Source: an uncultured Ignavibacteriaceae bacterium (GTDB taxonomy: Bacteria > Bacteroidota > Ignavibacteria > Ignavibacteriales > Ignavibacteriaceae). From it: 64,000 nt of DNA. The number at the start of each line of letters is the position of its first letter. Positions within the stretch are counted from its first letter, which is position 1. This document shows positions 27,809 to 38,800 of this stretch, piece by piece. The notes under the pieces were generated by a model, which was not told the origin of the DNA, searched no databases, and saw only the letters and a list, made by a program, of their open reading frames with translations. Location: NCBI GenBank assembly GCA_964639955.1, contig CAZXGJ010000004.1:43520-107519 (forward strand), written 5' to 3'. The translations under genes were made by a program, and so were the position numbers.

Positions 27809-30742
27809 TCAAAGACCAATACGGTCAAAATTTAACTTAAGACCGAGCTTAATTAGTCTTGGAATTCCAAAATTTTGGGGATCTTTTTCAAGCGTTTCAT
27901 AATCCTTAACATAACCCTCGCCAATTGACTGCACGCTTGATTGGGAATCAGGATCATTCAACCAGCCGGTAGTGTAAGGACTGCCGGTTGATCTCCAAAC
28001 ATTAACAACATTGTCCGCATCAAGTAAATTTTCTATCCATACATACGGAGTTATATAAAAATTACCAATCGGGAACCCTTTTTCAACTTTAAGGTCAATT
28101 CTGAAAGTGCTGGGTCCAAAAGCAGAATTAATATAACTCGTATTATCAGCAATCAGCCCATTATCGCCAAGTATATCCCATTGATCAACCGGTGTATAAG
28201 GCCTTCCGCTGCTGATTGAAAAAATTGCGTTCACATTAAAAAGTTCAAAGAAACCAAGTTCTCCCTCGGGAATGTAGAAGTCCAGTATTGCCACAGCAGT
28301 ATGTCTTTGATCGAAATCCAGTGGAGCAATTACTTTTGGAGGAAGATTATCCTGATTTCTGAAAACTGCAGTCTGACTTGAATTTGTTGAAGATCCGGTT
28401 CCTTCAGCAAGAGAAAAAGTATATTGGATAGAAGCGCTGAAGTAACTTAACCTGGTTACATCGAAAGAAAATGCCAAACCTTTTATAGTTCCGAAATCTG
28501 CATTAACGGGTCCGATAGCATTAAGAACTTCACCACCTTCAACTCTCTGGTACTGGCTGCTTTGCACATTAACAAGAGACTTGGTGTTTTTATAAAAAGC
28601 AGTAATGTTCAGAGCAGAATTGTTACCGAGTAATTGCCTGAAGCCTACTTCATACTGTGTGGTTTGCTCGCTAACCATGCCGCCATTAAATCCACTCTGC
28701 GGTTCCATAGTTATATAACTATTGTAATCGAACGGACCGCCGTACATATTATTCAGCTCCGGAGTTTGTATAAACCTGCCATATTGAGCATGGAAAACAG
28801 TAGCTTCGGTAACCGGGAAACCAATTCCGATTCTGGGTGAAAATTCAATTTCAACATCTTTTATTTTGAAGTCTTCAATATCAAATTTGTTCGCGTCAAG
28901 ACCACCGGCATAAGGTAAAGATGGATTTACAAGTTCGTGCGATTTGATATCGAAATAATCCATCCTTACACCAAGGTTTAACACAATATCTTCAAGTTCA
29001 AATCTATCTTGAAGATATAAATAACCGAGAATTGGTTTTCGTGGTCTTAGAAATTCAGCCATCGTTGGATGAGAACCAATGTCAGGGTGAGCAAACCAAT
29101 CCAATGAAGAAGGATCGTCGCTAGTTGTTTTTGTAGTACCGGTTACATCATAACCGAACACAAATGGCTGGTTTTGTGCAAACCTTATATAATCGGGTTC
29201 TGATGGATCGATATTGGCAACAAGGTAAGCAAAGTTACCATAACCACGAACTGTGTGCTGAGAAATGCCTGCTCCAAATTCAAGCAGATGGTTATCGATT
29301 TGTGAAGTTAAATCGAAATCGGCTCCAAAAGATTCGTCTTCTCTTTGCTGAAACAATCCTAAAGAATAACCGTAAGGTCTGTAAACTCCGTTTGCATCTG
29401 TTGGTCTGGTTCTTAAACCATCACCTAATAATGTAACATTCATACCCGATTCATTTGCCCACCATAAGCTGTCGCCGTAAAGAATCTGATTCTCGGGACC
29501 TTTTAAGAAAGGATTGTATCGCTGGAAAAGGAATTGCCTGTAGCCAAGGTTTAAATTCCAGAAAGTACTGTTGCTTACAGTTTGGGAAACCCTAGCACTG
29601 TACGAGAAATTCTCCTCTTCAAATTCTTCAATGAACTGCGAAGCATTTTTATACTGCCGTAATGCAGTTCCGCCCTTGGAATTTTTAGAAATACGATTGT
29701 TAACTAAAGCACTTAACTGAACATTCCAGTCGCCAAAGCGGGAATTAATTTTTCCGCTGTACCGCCAGGTGCTGGCCGGATTGTTTGGAATTGATTTATA
29801 AACTACCGGTTCATTCAGTATTGTACCATCCTCCTGAGTATAAAATTCAAGCGGTACTGCCGGCGGATCAGCATCCTGGTACCATCCTCTTTCACCGGAT
29901 AAAAATATTGTATGCTCGGGAAGACCCGGAATAATAGGACCGCTAATCGAGCCTGTATATAAGTTAGCACCCGAATTATCTGTTTCTAAAAAATCAGAAG
30001 ACTGGATATCAGCGGAAATTATATAATACGGCTGACCTGATTTTGTTGTTACATTTACAATACCTGATTGTGCCTGGCCGTACTTTGCTTCGTAACCACC
30101 AACCTGGAAAGATATCTGATCGATTGCGATGTTGCTTACCTGGGCAACCGTTTGCCTGTTGTAAAGATTATTTTGAGGGACACCATCGACAATGTACAGA
30201 ACTTCACTGCCTCTTCCACCGCGAACGTTTATTGAAGCATTACCTTCCTGCCCACCGCTGCCTTCCTGAATAACAACTCCCGACTGCAGAGAAGCAAGAT
30301 TCTGAACCCCTCTTACAGGCAGTCTCGAAATCTGGTCAGAGTCAATTACCTTAACGGTATTTGTGGCTTTCTCTTCAAAGAATTTTTTATCGACTACAAC
30401 AATATCCGGAAGAGTAAAATCGGTAGATAAATCTACGTTCAGCTCATAGGTAATATTGGCAACAACACGAACTCCCTCAATAGTTTTGGGTGCGTAGCCT
30501 ACGTAGCTAACTTTAACATCGTAGGTTCCGGGAGTAATATTAAGAATAAAGTAGTTTCCTTCTATGTCGGTAGCAGCGCCGAGATTTGTGTTGAGAATAA
30601 TAATGTTAGCACCAATCAGGGCTTCTCCTGTAGCTGCATCGGTAATCCGGCCGCTTATTTTACCAACTCCCGTTTGGGAAAAAGCAGCAGCAGAAAACAA
30701 AAGCAGAAATGCCACCAGAAGATTAGTATAATTTTTTTTCAT
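27809..30742 (-). CDS. TonB-dependent receptor with N-terminal carboxypeptidase-regulatory-like domain
   Basis: 977 aa with a signal peptide. ISGRITDAATGEALIGANIIIL...GNYFILNITPGTYDVKVSYVGY is the CarbopepD_reg-like part. Plug region: INVRGGRGSEVLYIVDGVP. A long beta-barrel follows. Confidence 0.85.
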   Translation of the reverse strand: MKKNYTNLLVAFLLLFSAAAFSQTGVGKISGRITDAATGEALIGANIIILNTNLGAATDIEGNYFILNITPGTYDVKVSYVGYAPKTIEGVRVVANITYELNVDLSTDFTLPDIVVVDKKFFEEKATNTVKVIDSDQISRLPVRGVQNLASLQSGVVIQEGSGGQEGNASINVRGGRGSEVLYIVDGVPQNNLYNRQTVAQVSNIAIDQISFQVGGYEAKYGQAQSGIVNVTTKSGQPYYIISADIQSSDFLETDNSGANLYTGSISGPIIPGLPEHTIFLSGERGWYQDADPPAVPLEFYTQEDGTILNEPVVYKSIPNNPASTWRYSGKINSRFGDWNVQLSALVNNRISKNSKGGTALRQYKNASQFIEEFEEENFSYSARVSQTVSNSTFWNLNLGYRQFLFQRYNPFLKGPENQILYGDSLWWANESGMNVTLLGDGLRTRPTDANGVYRPYGYSLGLFQQREDESFGADFDLTSQIDNHLLEFGAGISQHTVRGYGNFAYLVANIDPSEPDYIRFAQNQPFVFGYDVTGTTKTTSDDPSSLDWFAHPDIGSHPTMAEFLRPRKPILGYLYLQDRFELEDIVLNLGVRMDYFDIKSHELVNPSLPYAGGLDANKFDIEDFKIKDVEIEFSPRIGIGFPVTEATVFHAQYGRFIQTPELNNMYGGPFDYNSYITMEPQSGFNGGMVSEQTTQYEVGFRQLLGNNSALNITAFYKNTKSLVNVQSSQYQRVEGGEVLNAIGPVNADFGTIKGLAFSFDVTRLSYFSASIQYTFSLAEGTGSSTNSSQTAVFRNQDNLPPKVIAPLDFDQRHTAVAILDFYIPEGELGFFELFNVNAIFSISSGRPYTPVDQWDILGDNGLIADNTSYINSAFGPSTFRIDLKVEKGFPIGNFYITPYVWIENLLDADNVVNVWRSTGSPYTTGWLNDPDSQSSVQSIGEGYVKDYETLEKDPQNFGIPRLIKLGLKLNFDRIGL

Positions 30743-30828
30743 CTCTTCTCCACGAAAAGTTATTGGTTATCTTCTGAATTAACTGAAAATGTAAAAAGAA
30801 TAAATCAAAGAACGAATAATATCTTTCT

Positions 30829-30876
30829 AAAAAAAACGGGTGAATTTACCAACGTGTAAATTGGAAAATCCACCCG
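30829..30876 (-). terminator. Strong intrinsic terminator after the BNR/T9SS gene
   Basis: On the minus strand: CGGGTG...(inner AATTTAC/GTAAATT stem)...CACCCG followed by eight T. It lies 18 nt past the stop at 30895. Confidence 0.75.
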
Positions 30877-30894
30877 CTCTGCATAAACATCAAA

Positions 30895-32724
30895 TTACTT
30901 AAGTAGCATCATCTTTTTCGATGAAGTATAATTCCCTGCATTCAGCGTATAAATATATAAGCCTGATGCAAGATCTGAACCATCGAAGCTGACAGAATGC
31001 TTACCGGCATCCTGGCTAGCATTTACGAGGGTTGCTACTTCTTTTCCTAAAACATCATAAACTTTTAACGTAACATTGCTTTTTTCAGCAAGTGTATAAT
31101 TGATACTTGTGCCCGGGTTAAACGGATTAGGGTAGTTCTGTTCAAGGTTGAAGTCGCTTACAATCTGTCCATCATTTCCGGCATTTACAATACCTATTTC
31201 GGTTGTAAAATGATAGAAGAACGCAGTGGTTCCATCAATACCGGTTCCTTGAACCTGGCTTCCGGCAATAGTATCGCCCTGCACAGTAATATGAACTGTA
31301 ATAACATCCTCATCAAGAGCATGAACCGGTGAAATATGAGGCATACTTATGTGCCGCCAGTCAACCTGAGGAGTCATATCAGGTGTAAATTTCTCCGGAT
31401 CTGTCCAGGTATCACCACCATCTGTAGAATACATAAACCACCCATCGAAGAATGGGGAATCTTGATTCAAAGGATAGGTGTTTTCTGAAGCACCCGAGAA
31501 TGCAAGTAATAAATAGTTCCCGGTTTGTGACCGGCTCAAAACTGGTCTGCCAACTCCGAGGTAAACATCATTCGCTCCACCACCGGGGTTCCAATTAACC
31601 CAGCTGGAATCCACAAGTATTTTGGCAACACCGCTATTTATATTAGGAGACCAGAAATAAAGGTGGTTTGCGTCGCCCTGACGATATTGACCAGCAGCAA
31701 AATCCTGCCATGCTGTTTCAAAAACAATACAGGGATCTTCACCATAAAAATTAATGGAGATACCTCTCATCGCACCCCAGGTTGTATCGTTGGAATGATC
31801 TCTTGTAAAAATCTTCTCAGGAGCGCTCCAGGTTAAACCGCCATCAGTAGATTCAGAATAAAATACATCACCATCATTGGAATAATTGGTACCTACTGAT
31901 TGACCAATAAATGCTAATCCTATTTTTCCACCATCAGAAATACCGAACGGATAAGTTTCTGCCTGATTACCATCCCATGGTTTGTATCCATCAAAAACTG
32001 AAGTAGCAAAGTTATAATAATTTGTATAGAAGCTGTCAGCAGTACCGTAGTTTGAGGATTGAGACGAGGCAAAGATAATGTTGTTAGCGCCGTCAATAAC
32101 CATTCTTGGCCACAGAGCCCATGGGTTTGTATCTCCGGCAAGCAATCCGGGGTCGTGAAGAGTAAAACTGTAACCGAATGGAGAAGCATCAATCCACATT
32201 TTTGTTACTGGTCTTGCAGGGGTACCCTGTAACATATGGTTCATTATTACAGCTTCACCTGTTGAAAGCCCGGAAATGACACCGTATCCGGTATGACCAT
32301 CTGAACCAGTATTGACCGGTACACCACCTAATTGAAACCAGTTAACTCCTTTATCAGTACTTCCATAATACATTGTGGTTCTATCTGTGTAACCGGTTGG
32401 AAGTGCAGAGAAAGTATGGATTGCATGCAGCAGATCAGGATTTGTTAAATCACACCAAACCTGCTGTGTAGAAGAATTCGATTGCAGGTCATATCCATTT
32501 CCATCAATAGAAATATTGTGCATTTCCCAAACGAAACCTCCAGAACTATAAGGGCCAACGACTACAGGCTCACTTGATTGACCAGTAACAGTAGTGGTTG
32601 TACCTGTATCTTCAAAACCGGTTAAAACAACATCCGGTTGTGTTTCGTGACTTATTCTATTCTGAGCCTGTAAAAACCCCACAAACAGAATCACGAGCAT
32701 AAGTGTAGTAAATTTGTAGAGCAT
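30895..32724 (-). CDS. Secreted BNR/Asp-box repeat protein with T9SS C-terminal sorting domain
   Basis: 609 aa with a signal peptide. Asp-boxes: STDKGVNW, STDGGLTWS, STDGGDTWT. Canonical tail: NYPNPFNPGTSINYTL...VTLKVYDVLGKEV...SGLYIYTL. Confidence 0.75.
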   Translation of the reverse strand: MLYKFTTLMLVILFVGFLQAQNRISHETQPDVVLTGFEDTGTTTTVTGQSSEPVVVGPYSSGGFVWEMHNISIDGNGYDLQSNSSTQQVWCDLTNPDLLHAIHTFSALPTGYTDRTTMYYGSTDKGVNWFQLGGVPVNTGSDGHTGYGVISGLSTGEAVIMNHMLQGTPARPVTKMWIDASPFGYSFTLHDPGLLAGDTNPWALWPRMVIDGANNIIFASSQSSNYGTADSFYTNYYNFATSVFDGYKPWDGNQAETYPFGISDGGKIGLAFIGQSVGTNYSNDGDVFYSESTDGGLTWSAPEKIFTRDHSNDTTWGAMRGISINFYGEDPCIVFETAWQDFAAGQYRQGDANHLYFWSPNINSGVAKILVDSSWVNWNPGGGANDVYLGVGRPVLSRSQTGNYLLLAFSGASENTYPLNQDSPFFDGWFMYSTDGGDTWTDPEKFTPDMTPQVDWRHISMPHISPVHALDEDVITVHITVQGDTIAGSQVQGTGIDGTTAFFYHFTTEIGIVNAGNDGQIVSDFNLEQNYPNPFNPGTSINYTLAEKSNVTLKVYDVLGKEVATLVNASQDAGKHSVSFDGSDLASGLYIYTLNAGNYTSSKKMMLLK

Positions 32725-32923
32725 GCTACTCTCCTATTTTGTTTAAGAATGATGAATTAGTTAAAAAATTTTTATGTTTAGATTCTTCCGGTTACAAAAT
32801 TGTTAATTTTCGTCAAATCAAAATACAACTGTCAGTTTTTTATGTCAAGCTTTAATCCTATTAATAATTACCGGTATAGAGATAAGTTTTTTTGTTTAAA
32901 ATGTCAAGAGATTGATTTTTCCG

Positions 32924-34513
32924 TTAAAAATCCAACTTCACCACATATAGATTAATAATTCCGTTAATACCCTTAATTAATTCTTTTACATTAACATCAA
33001 TCGAAGAGTCAATATTAATAACCGTTAGTGCATCATTTTTCTCCTGAATCCTTCCCAAAGCCAGGTTGGCAATATTGATTTCTGCATCGGATAATATCCT
33101 GCTTACAGCAGCGAGCATCCCTGGTTTATCGATATTTTTATAAATAATGATATCTCCAACTGGTTTAAATTCTACCGGGTAATTATTAAACTTTAAGATT
33201 CTTAAATCGTCAGAACTGAACACTGTTCCCCATAGCTCGAAACTTTCAGAATCTGTTATTAATGTGGCAACAATCAAATTGTAATAATCTTTGTGTTCAG
33301 TAGAAAAAGTTTCCTCGAGAATTATTCCCATTTCATCAGCAATTAAAGGAGCATTAATATAATTTACTGACGAATCCAGTTCCTCAGAAAGAAAGCCTTT
33401 TAATAAAGCCGTTGAAAGTAATTTACCGGAAGAAAGTAAATCATCGCCCTTAAGATTTATTGCCAGCTTTACCAGTGTTCCTGTTCTTAGCTGCGAGAGA
33501 AACTTACCCATAGTTTCAGCAAGAGTAACAAACGGTCTGATATTTTCGGAAATATCTTTATTTAAGACGAAGGCATTAACGGCACCCGAGATTGTTCCTT
33601 CTATAAAATAATTTACCATTTGTTGGGCTAATTGAATGGCAACTTTTTGCTGAGCTTCAGTTGTTGAAGCGCCAAGATGAGGAGTGCAAATTACTAAGGG
33701 ATGCTTTAATAATTCATTAGAAAAATCGGGCGGTTCTTTTTCAAATACATCCAGAGCTGCGGAAGAAACAATACCTTCATCAAGAGCTTTTAATAAATCG
33801 TTTTCATTTACAATTCCTCCCCTGGCACAATTTATTAACCCAACACCCTTTCTGCATAAAGAAAGTTCATTATAGGAAATCAAATACCTGGTTTTTTCGT
33901 TTAGCGGAGTGTGTACTGTAATGAAATCCGAAAAGTGCCAGATATCTTCAAGCTCAACCAATTGAATACCGGTTTCCGAAACCGCATCGTCCGAAATTAT
34001 GGGGTCGACAGCAATAACTTTCATCCCGAATGCTTTTGCCCTTAAAGCAACTTCTTTGCCTATTTTGCCGAGACCAATTAAGCCGAGAGTTTTCCCCAAT
34101 AATTCAGTTCCCTGGAATTTATTTCTGCTCCATTGCCCATTCTTTAACGAGCTGTTTGCCTGGGGGATTTTTCTGCACATTGCCAGCAGCATTGCAATAG
34201 TATGTTCGCAGGCAGATATTGTATTTCCACCAGGAGTATTCATTACAACAATTCCTTTCCTGGTGGCTGCCCGAACATCAATATTATCTACACCGGCACC
34301 TGCCCTGCCAATTATTTCCATTGTATCCATTACTTCAATCAGGGATGCAGTTACCATGGTTGAACTTCTCACAACCAGCGCATTGAATCCCTTTATTTTT
34401 TCTGCAAGAGATTCGGTGGTGTTTCCGGTTGAGTATGTTACTCCAATACCTGCATTGGTAAATATTTTAAAGCAGGTTTCGTCAACAGGGTCAGCTATAA
34501 ATATTTTTTTCAA
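32924..34513 (-). CDS. serA: D-3-phosphoglycerate dehydrogenase (long form with ASB and ACT domains)
   Basis: 529 aa. GLIGLGKIGKEVA, CTPHLGAST, and the C-terminal ACT-like segment DKPGMLAAVSRILSDAEINIANLALGR. Confidence 0.9.
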   Translation of the reverse strand: MKKIFIADPVDETCFKIFTNAGIGVTYSTGNTTESLAEKIKGFNALVVRSSTMVTASLIEVMDTMEIIGRAGAGVDNIDVRAATRKGIVVMNTPGGNTISACEHTIAMLLAMCRKIPQANSSLKNGQWSRNKFQGTELLGKTLGLIGLGKIGKEVALRAKAFGMKVIAVDPIISDDAVSETGIQLVELEDIWHFSDFITVHTPLNEKTRYLISYNELSLCRKGVGLINCARGGIVNENDLLKALDEGIVSSAALDVFEKEPPDFSNELLKHPLVICTPHLGASTTEAQQKVAIQLAQQMVNYFIEGTISGAVNAFVLNKDISENIRPFVTLAETMGKFLSQLRTGTLVKLAINLKGDDLLSSGKLLSTALLKGFLSEELDSSVNYINAPLIADEMGIILEETFSTEHKDYYNLIVATLITDSESFELWGTVFSSDDLRILKFNNYPVEFKPVGDIIIYKNIDKPGMLAAVSRILSDAEINIANLALGRIQEKNDALTVINIDSSIDVNVKELIKGINGIINLYVVKLDF

Positions 34514-34546
34514 TTAATTTCAGAAAAGCAATGTCATTGGAAATTT

Positions 34547-34867
34547 CTATAGTGCAGCGTTCAGTTTTTCAACAATCAGTTTTTTGGGCACAGCACCTAT
34601 AATGGTGTCTTTCAGATTACCATTATTAAAGATTAGCAGAGTTGGTATGCTTCTTACCCCATACTTAATAGAGGTTTGCTGATTTGAATCTACATCCAGT
34701 TTTCCGACTTTAATTTTTCCGTCGTACTCAGAAGCAAGTTCTTCTACAATAGGGGCAATTAATTTGCATGGGCCGCACCATACAGCCCAAAAGTCAATCA
34801 ACACCGGTTTATCAGAATCCAGAACTTCACTTTTAAAATTATCATCGGTGATTTCAACAGGTTTCAT
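34547..34867 (-). CDS. trxA: Thioredoxin
   Basis: 106 aa. DFWAVWCGPCK active site and the SIPTLLIF cis-Pro loop. Confidence 0.95.
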   Translation of the reverse strand: MKPVEITDDNFKSEVLDSDKPVLIDFWAVWCGPCKLIAPIVEELASEYDGKIKVGKLDVDSNQQTSIKYGVRSIPTLLIFNNGNLKDTIIGAVPKKLIVEKLNAAL

Positions 34868-34900
34868 ATATTCCTCAGAATTGTTTATATAAATGAAGGA

Positions 34901-35719
34901 TTAAGTTGGTTTCCCCACAAAGCTAACTATATCTTCTCCTCCATCTGCATGAATCAGCCCACCGCTGATCCATTCACCACCGTCCCTGCAAAGCAGAGAA
35001 ATAACTTTTGCTACATCCTCCGGGGTAGTTAATCTGCCGTGCGGATTTTTCATTTTGGCAATTCTTATCATATTTTCATTACCCGGAATTTTTCTTAATG
35101 CCGGAGTATCTGTTACACCGGCCATAATAGCATTAACAGCAATTTCCATGTGCCCAAGTTCAATTGCAAGCTGCCGCACGTGCGATTCCAGTGCAGCTTT
35201 GGCAGCCGATACTGCACCATAGTACGGAATAGCAGTGTGTCCTCCCGAGCTGGTCATCGCAAAAATTCTGCCTTTAGCGGCTAAAAGGTTTTTTGAATGA
35301 ATTTCCTGAACCCAGTAAACCAGCGAGTGAGCCATTACATCAAGCGTCATTTCCATCTGCGGGTGGGTTATGGTCTGTTCATCTTTTTTAGGGATAAAAA
35401 GCTTTAGCGTACCAAATGCTAAAGAATGCATAAGGATTTTTATTACCGGTTCGTCTCCAAGCTTTCTTTTCAGTTCCTCAACGATTTCGACCCTTTTAAA
35501 CTGATCGGCAGCATTTACATTATAGAAAATGGCTTCCCGCTCCTGCGCTTCGATGTGATTAATTATTTTTTCCACATTGGGCATTGTAGTCTGACGGTCT
35601 AAATGTATTCCAATAATATTATACCCGTCTTCAGCTAGCCGCATCGCAGTGGCTCCGCCAAAACCGGATGATGCACCAAGTATTAAAGCCCAGAATTTTT
35701 TATTTTTTTCCCGATCCAT
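34901..35719 (-). CDS. SDR-family oxidoreductase, enoyl-ACP reductase (FabL/FabI)-like
   Basis: 272 aa. Gly-rich ILGASSGFGGATA and a Y-x6-K spacing (YGAVSAAK) that is characteristic of enoyl-ACP reductases rather than classical YxxxK SDRs. Confidence 0.55.
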   Translation of the reverse strand: MDREKNKKFWALILGASSGFGGATAMRLAEDGYNIIGIHLDRQTTMPNVEKIINHIEAQEREAIFYNVNAADQFKRVEIVEELKRKLGDEPVIKILMHSLAFGTLKLFIPKKDEQTITHPQMEMTLDVMAHSLVYWVQEIHSKNLLAAKGRIFAMTSSGGHTAIPYYGAVSAAKAALESHVRQLAIELGHMEIAVNAIMAGVTDTPALRKIPGNENMIRIAKMKNPHGRLTTPEDVAKVISLLCRDGGEWISGGLIHADGGEDIVSFVGKPT

Positions 35720-35811
35720 TTACAATAAAATTTTGCTGTAATGTTGAGTGTAATAATACTAATTAGGCATTATGGATACAAATAGCAATTTTATTTGAAA
35801 AAAATTCTTTG

Positions 35812-38800
35812 TCATAATTTCATTGAAACTGATATTGCATCTTCACCCAGAATATTGCCCACACCTTTAAAAAATGAATCAGATAATTCAATTTTAAAAC
35901 TATTCAGAGAGAATAATCCAATTTTGTTTCCATTAGAATGTAACTCAACATAAACGGGTATCTTTCCCTGGTTTGATTCTAGCAAAGGTTTTAATTGCAT
36001 TAAATCTTCAGTTGAAACTTTTTCTTTATTGACCAAAAGTCTAACGCTGTTAATAATTTGATTACGTACATATTCCAGAGGCAGCAATTTATTAACGTGC
36101 ATTTTAACCGCATCACCGCTACTTTCAAGGCTGCCAACAATAAAGACCGGTTCTTCTTCAATTACAAATTTGCCGTACTCGGCAAAAACTTTTGAGAACA
36201 TCAAACACTCGCAGGAACCCGAGAAATCATCGATTGTAAAAAATGCCATTCTGTTTCCTGATTTATCCAGCTTTGTTCTGACCCCGGTAATTACTGCCAC
36301 CGAGCGAATATTTTCAAGCTCTTCGAGATTTTCCGTATCGCCTATCTGAAAATTTGTAAACAATTTATACTCGGTTTCGTATTTGCTTAATGGATGACCC
36401 GTAACATAGAATCCAACCACCTTTCGTTCTTTTGACAGCCTCTCTTTTTCGCTCCAGGGTTCCGAAAGTGGTAGAGGAGGTTCTTTAATATTCATTTCGG
36501 CAGCTTCACCAAACAAGCTTTCTTCTGAAACCAGTCTCGAGCTCTGAAATTTGTGCCCGAGATCAATTGCCGTTTCAATAGCTTTAAATAGTGATGCTCT
36601 GTTTGAATTTATGCTGTCAAATGCGCCTGCTGTTACCAGCCCTTCCAGAGCACGTTTATTTACAATGTGCGTATCAACGTGCAAACAAAAATCAAAAATA
36701 CTCGTAAAGTTTCTGCTAATAGTGTTCCTGCTCTTAATAATTTCTTCAACTGCACCTTTACCAACATTTTTAATTGCCGAAAGTCCGAATCTTATTTTTC
36801 CATTCTCTACGTCGAAATTAACCGAAGGATTGTTAACATCAGGAGGAAGAACTTCAATCTTAAGCTTTCTGCAATCTTCAAGAAACTTTGTTACTTTATC
36901 TGTATTAAGAAATTCATTGGTAAGGTTTGCAGCAAGGAATTCGGCTGTGTAATAAGTTTTTAAATAAGCTGTTTGATATGCAATATAGCTGTATGCAACG
37001 GCATGGCTTTTATTGAAACCATAGTTTGCAAACTTATCAACCGCTTTAAAGATTTCTTCTGCTACTTTTTTATTAATCTTATTGGCCAAGGCGCCTTTGA
37101 TAAATTTATCCTTCTGTTCCTTCATTGCAAGCAGATCTTTTTTACCCATTGCCCGGCGGAGTATATCAGCTTCAGCTAAACTCATGTTGCCTATTTTGTT
37201 GGCAATTTGAATCACCTGTTCCTGGTAGACAATCACTCCATAAGTTTCTTTTAATATTTCTTCAAGAATTGGATGCAGGTATTCGACTTTCTTACGCTGG
37301 AATTTCCTATCGATAAATTCATCGATAAACTCCATTGGTCCGGGTCTGTAGAGTGCATTCATAGCTGCAAGATCACTTAAGCAGTTTGGCTGCAGTTTTT
37401 TCAGATACTCCCGCATCGGTGGAGATTCAAACTGAAATATGCCGGTTGTCTGACCTCTTGTAAAAAGCTGGTAAACTTTTTTATCATTGAAGGGAATTTT
37501 GTTTATGTCTATATCGAGCCCATGATTTTTCTTCACCAGTTTTAGGGTATCGCGGATAATTGTTAATGTTCTCAGACCAAGAAAATCCATTTTTAGCAAA
37601 CCAACATTTTCGATATCTTTCATATTATACTGGGTTACAATTTCATCCTGCGAAACAGCTGTTGCCAGCGGAACATAATCGCTTACTGCGCCGGGTGTAA
37701 CTACCACACCGGCTGCATGCTTCGAAGCGTTTCTGTTCATCCCCTCAAGAACACGGGCATGCTTAATTAATTCCTTAATTTCGGGCTCCTGAGAATCTTT
37801 AACCCATTTAAGTTCAGGAACAGAATCGAGAGCCTGATCAATGCTATACACTTTACCAAATTTGGAAGGTATATATTTCGTAATGCTATTGACTGTGGGA
37901 ATAGGAATTTTAAGCACTCTTGCAACATCACGCAGTACGGCTTTGGAAGAAAGCCGGTTGAAAGTAATTATCTGGCTTACACTATCCTGCCCGTATTTTG
38001 CTTTTACATAATCGATTACTTCGCTTCGTTTGTCATCTTCAAAATCAACATCAATATCGGGCATCGATCGCCGGGCAGGATTCAGAAATCTTTCGAATAA
38101 AAGATTATACTCAAGCGGATTTATATTTGTTATACCAAGAGCGTATGCTACCAGGCTTCCGGCAACGCTGCCTCTGCCGGGACCAACCGATATATTTTGT
38201 TTCTTTGCTGTGTTTATAAAATCCTGAACAATTAACAAGTAGCTGGAAAAGCCCATTGTTTTAATTGCATCAAGTTCAAAGTTGAATCTTTCTTCAACCT
38301 CTTTTGTAATCTTTAAACCGCAATTTTTCAATCCATTAAGGGCAAGCATCTCAAAATAATCATCTGTGTTTTTTGTAGTTGCACCCTCAGGAATAGGAAA
38401 TTGCGGGAAATGATATTCATTGAAATCAAGTTTAAGGTCAATTTTAGAATCAATCTCAAGCGTATTTTCTATTGCACCATCAAAATTTTTAAAAAGTTTT
38501 ACCATAGCATCAGCCGATTTGAAGTACACCTGGTCTGTACCGTATCTAAGCTGCCTGTAATCAGCACCGTTCTTATCACCTAGTAATAAAAGTATGTTGT
38601 GTGCTATTGCATGATCAGGCTCTATGTAATGGCAATCGTTGGTGGCAACAAGTTTAATTCCGAGTTCTTTGGAAAGTTTTGGCATGTTCTCCAGAACAGG
38701 ACGTTCAACCTCCATGTTATGGTCTTGTATCTCCAGGTAAAAATCTTCTTCGAAAATATCTTTATAAGTTGCAGCAACTTTCTTTGCTTTGCTGTAATCA

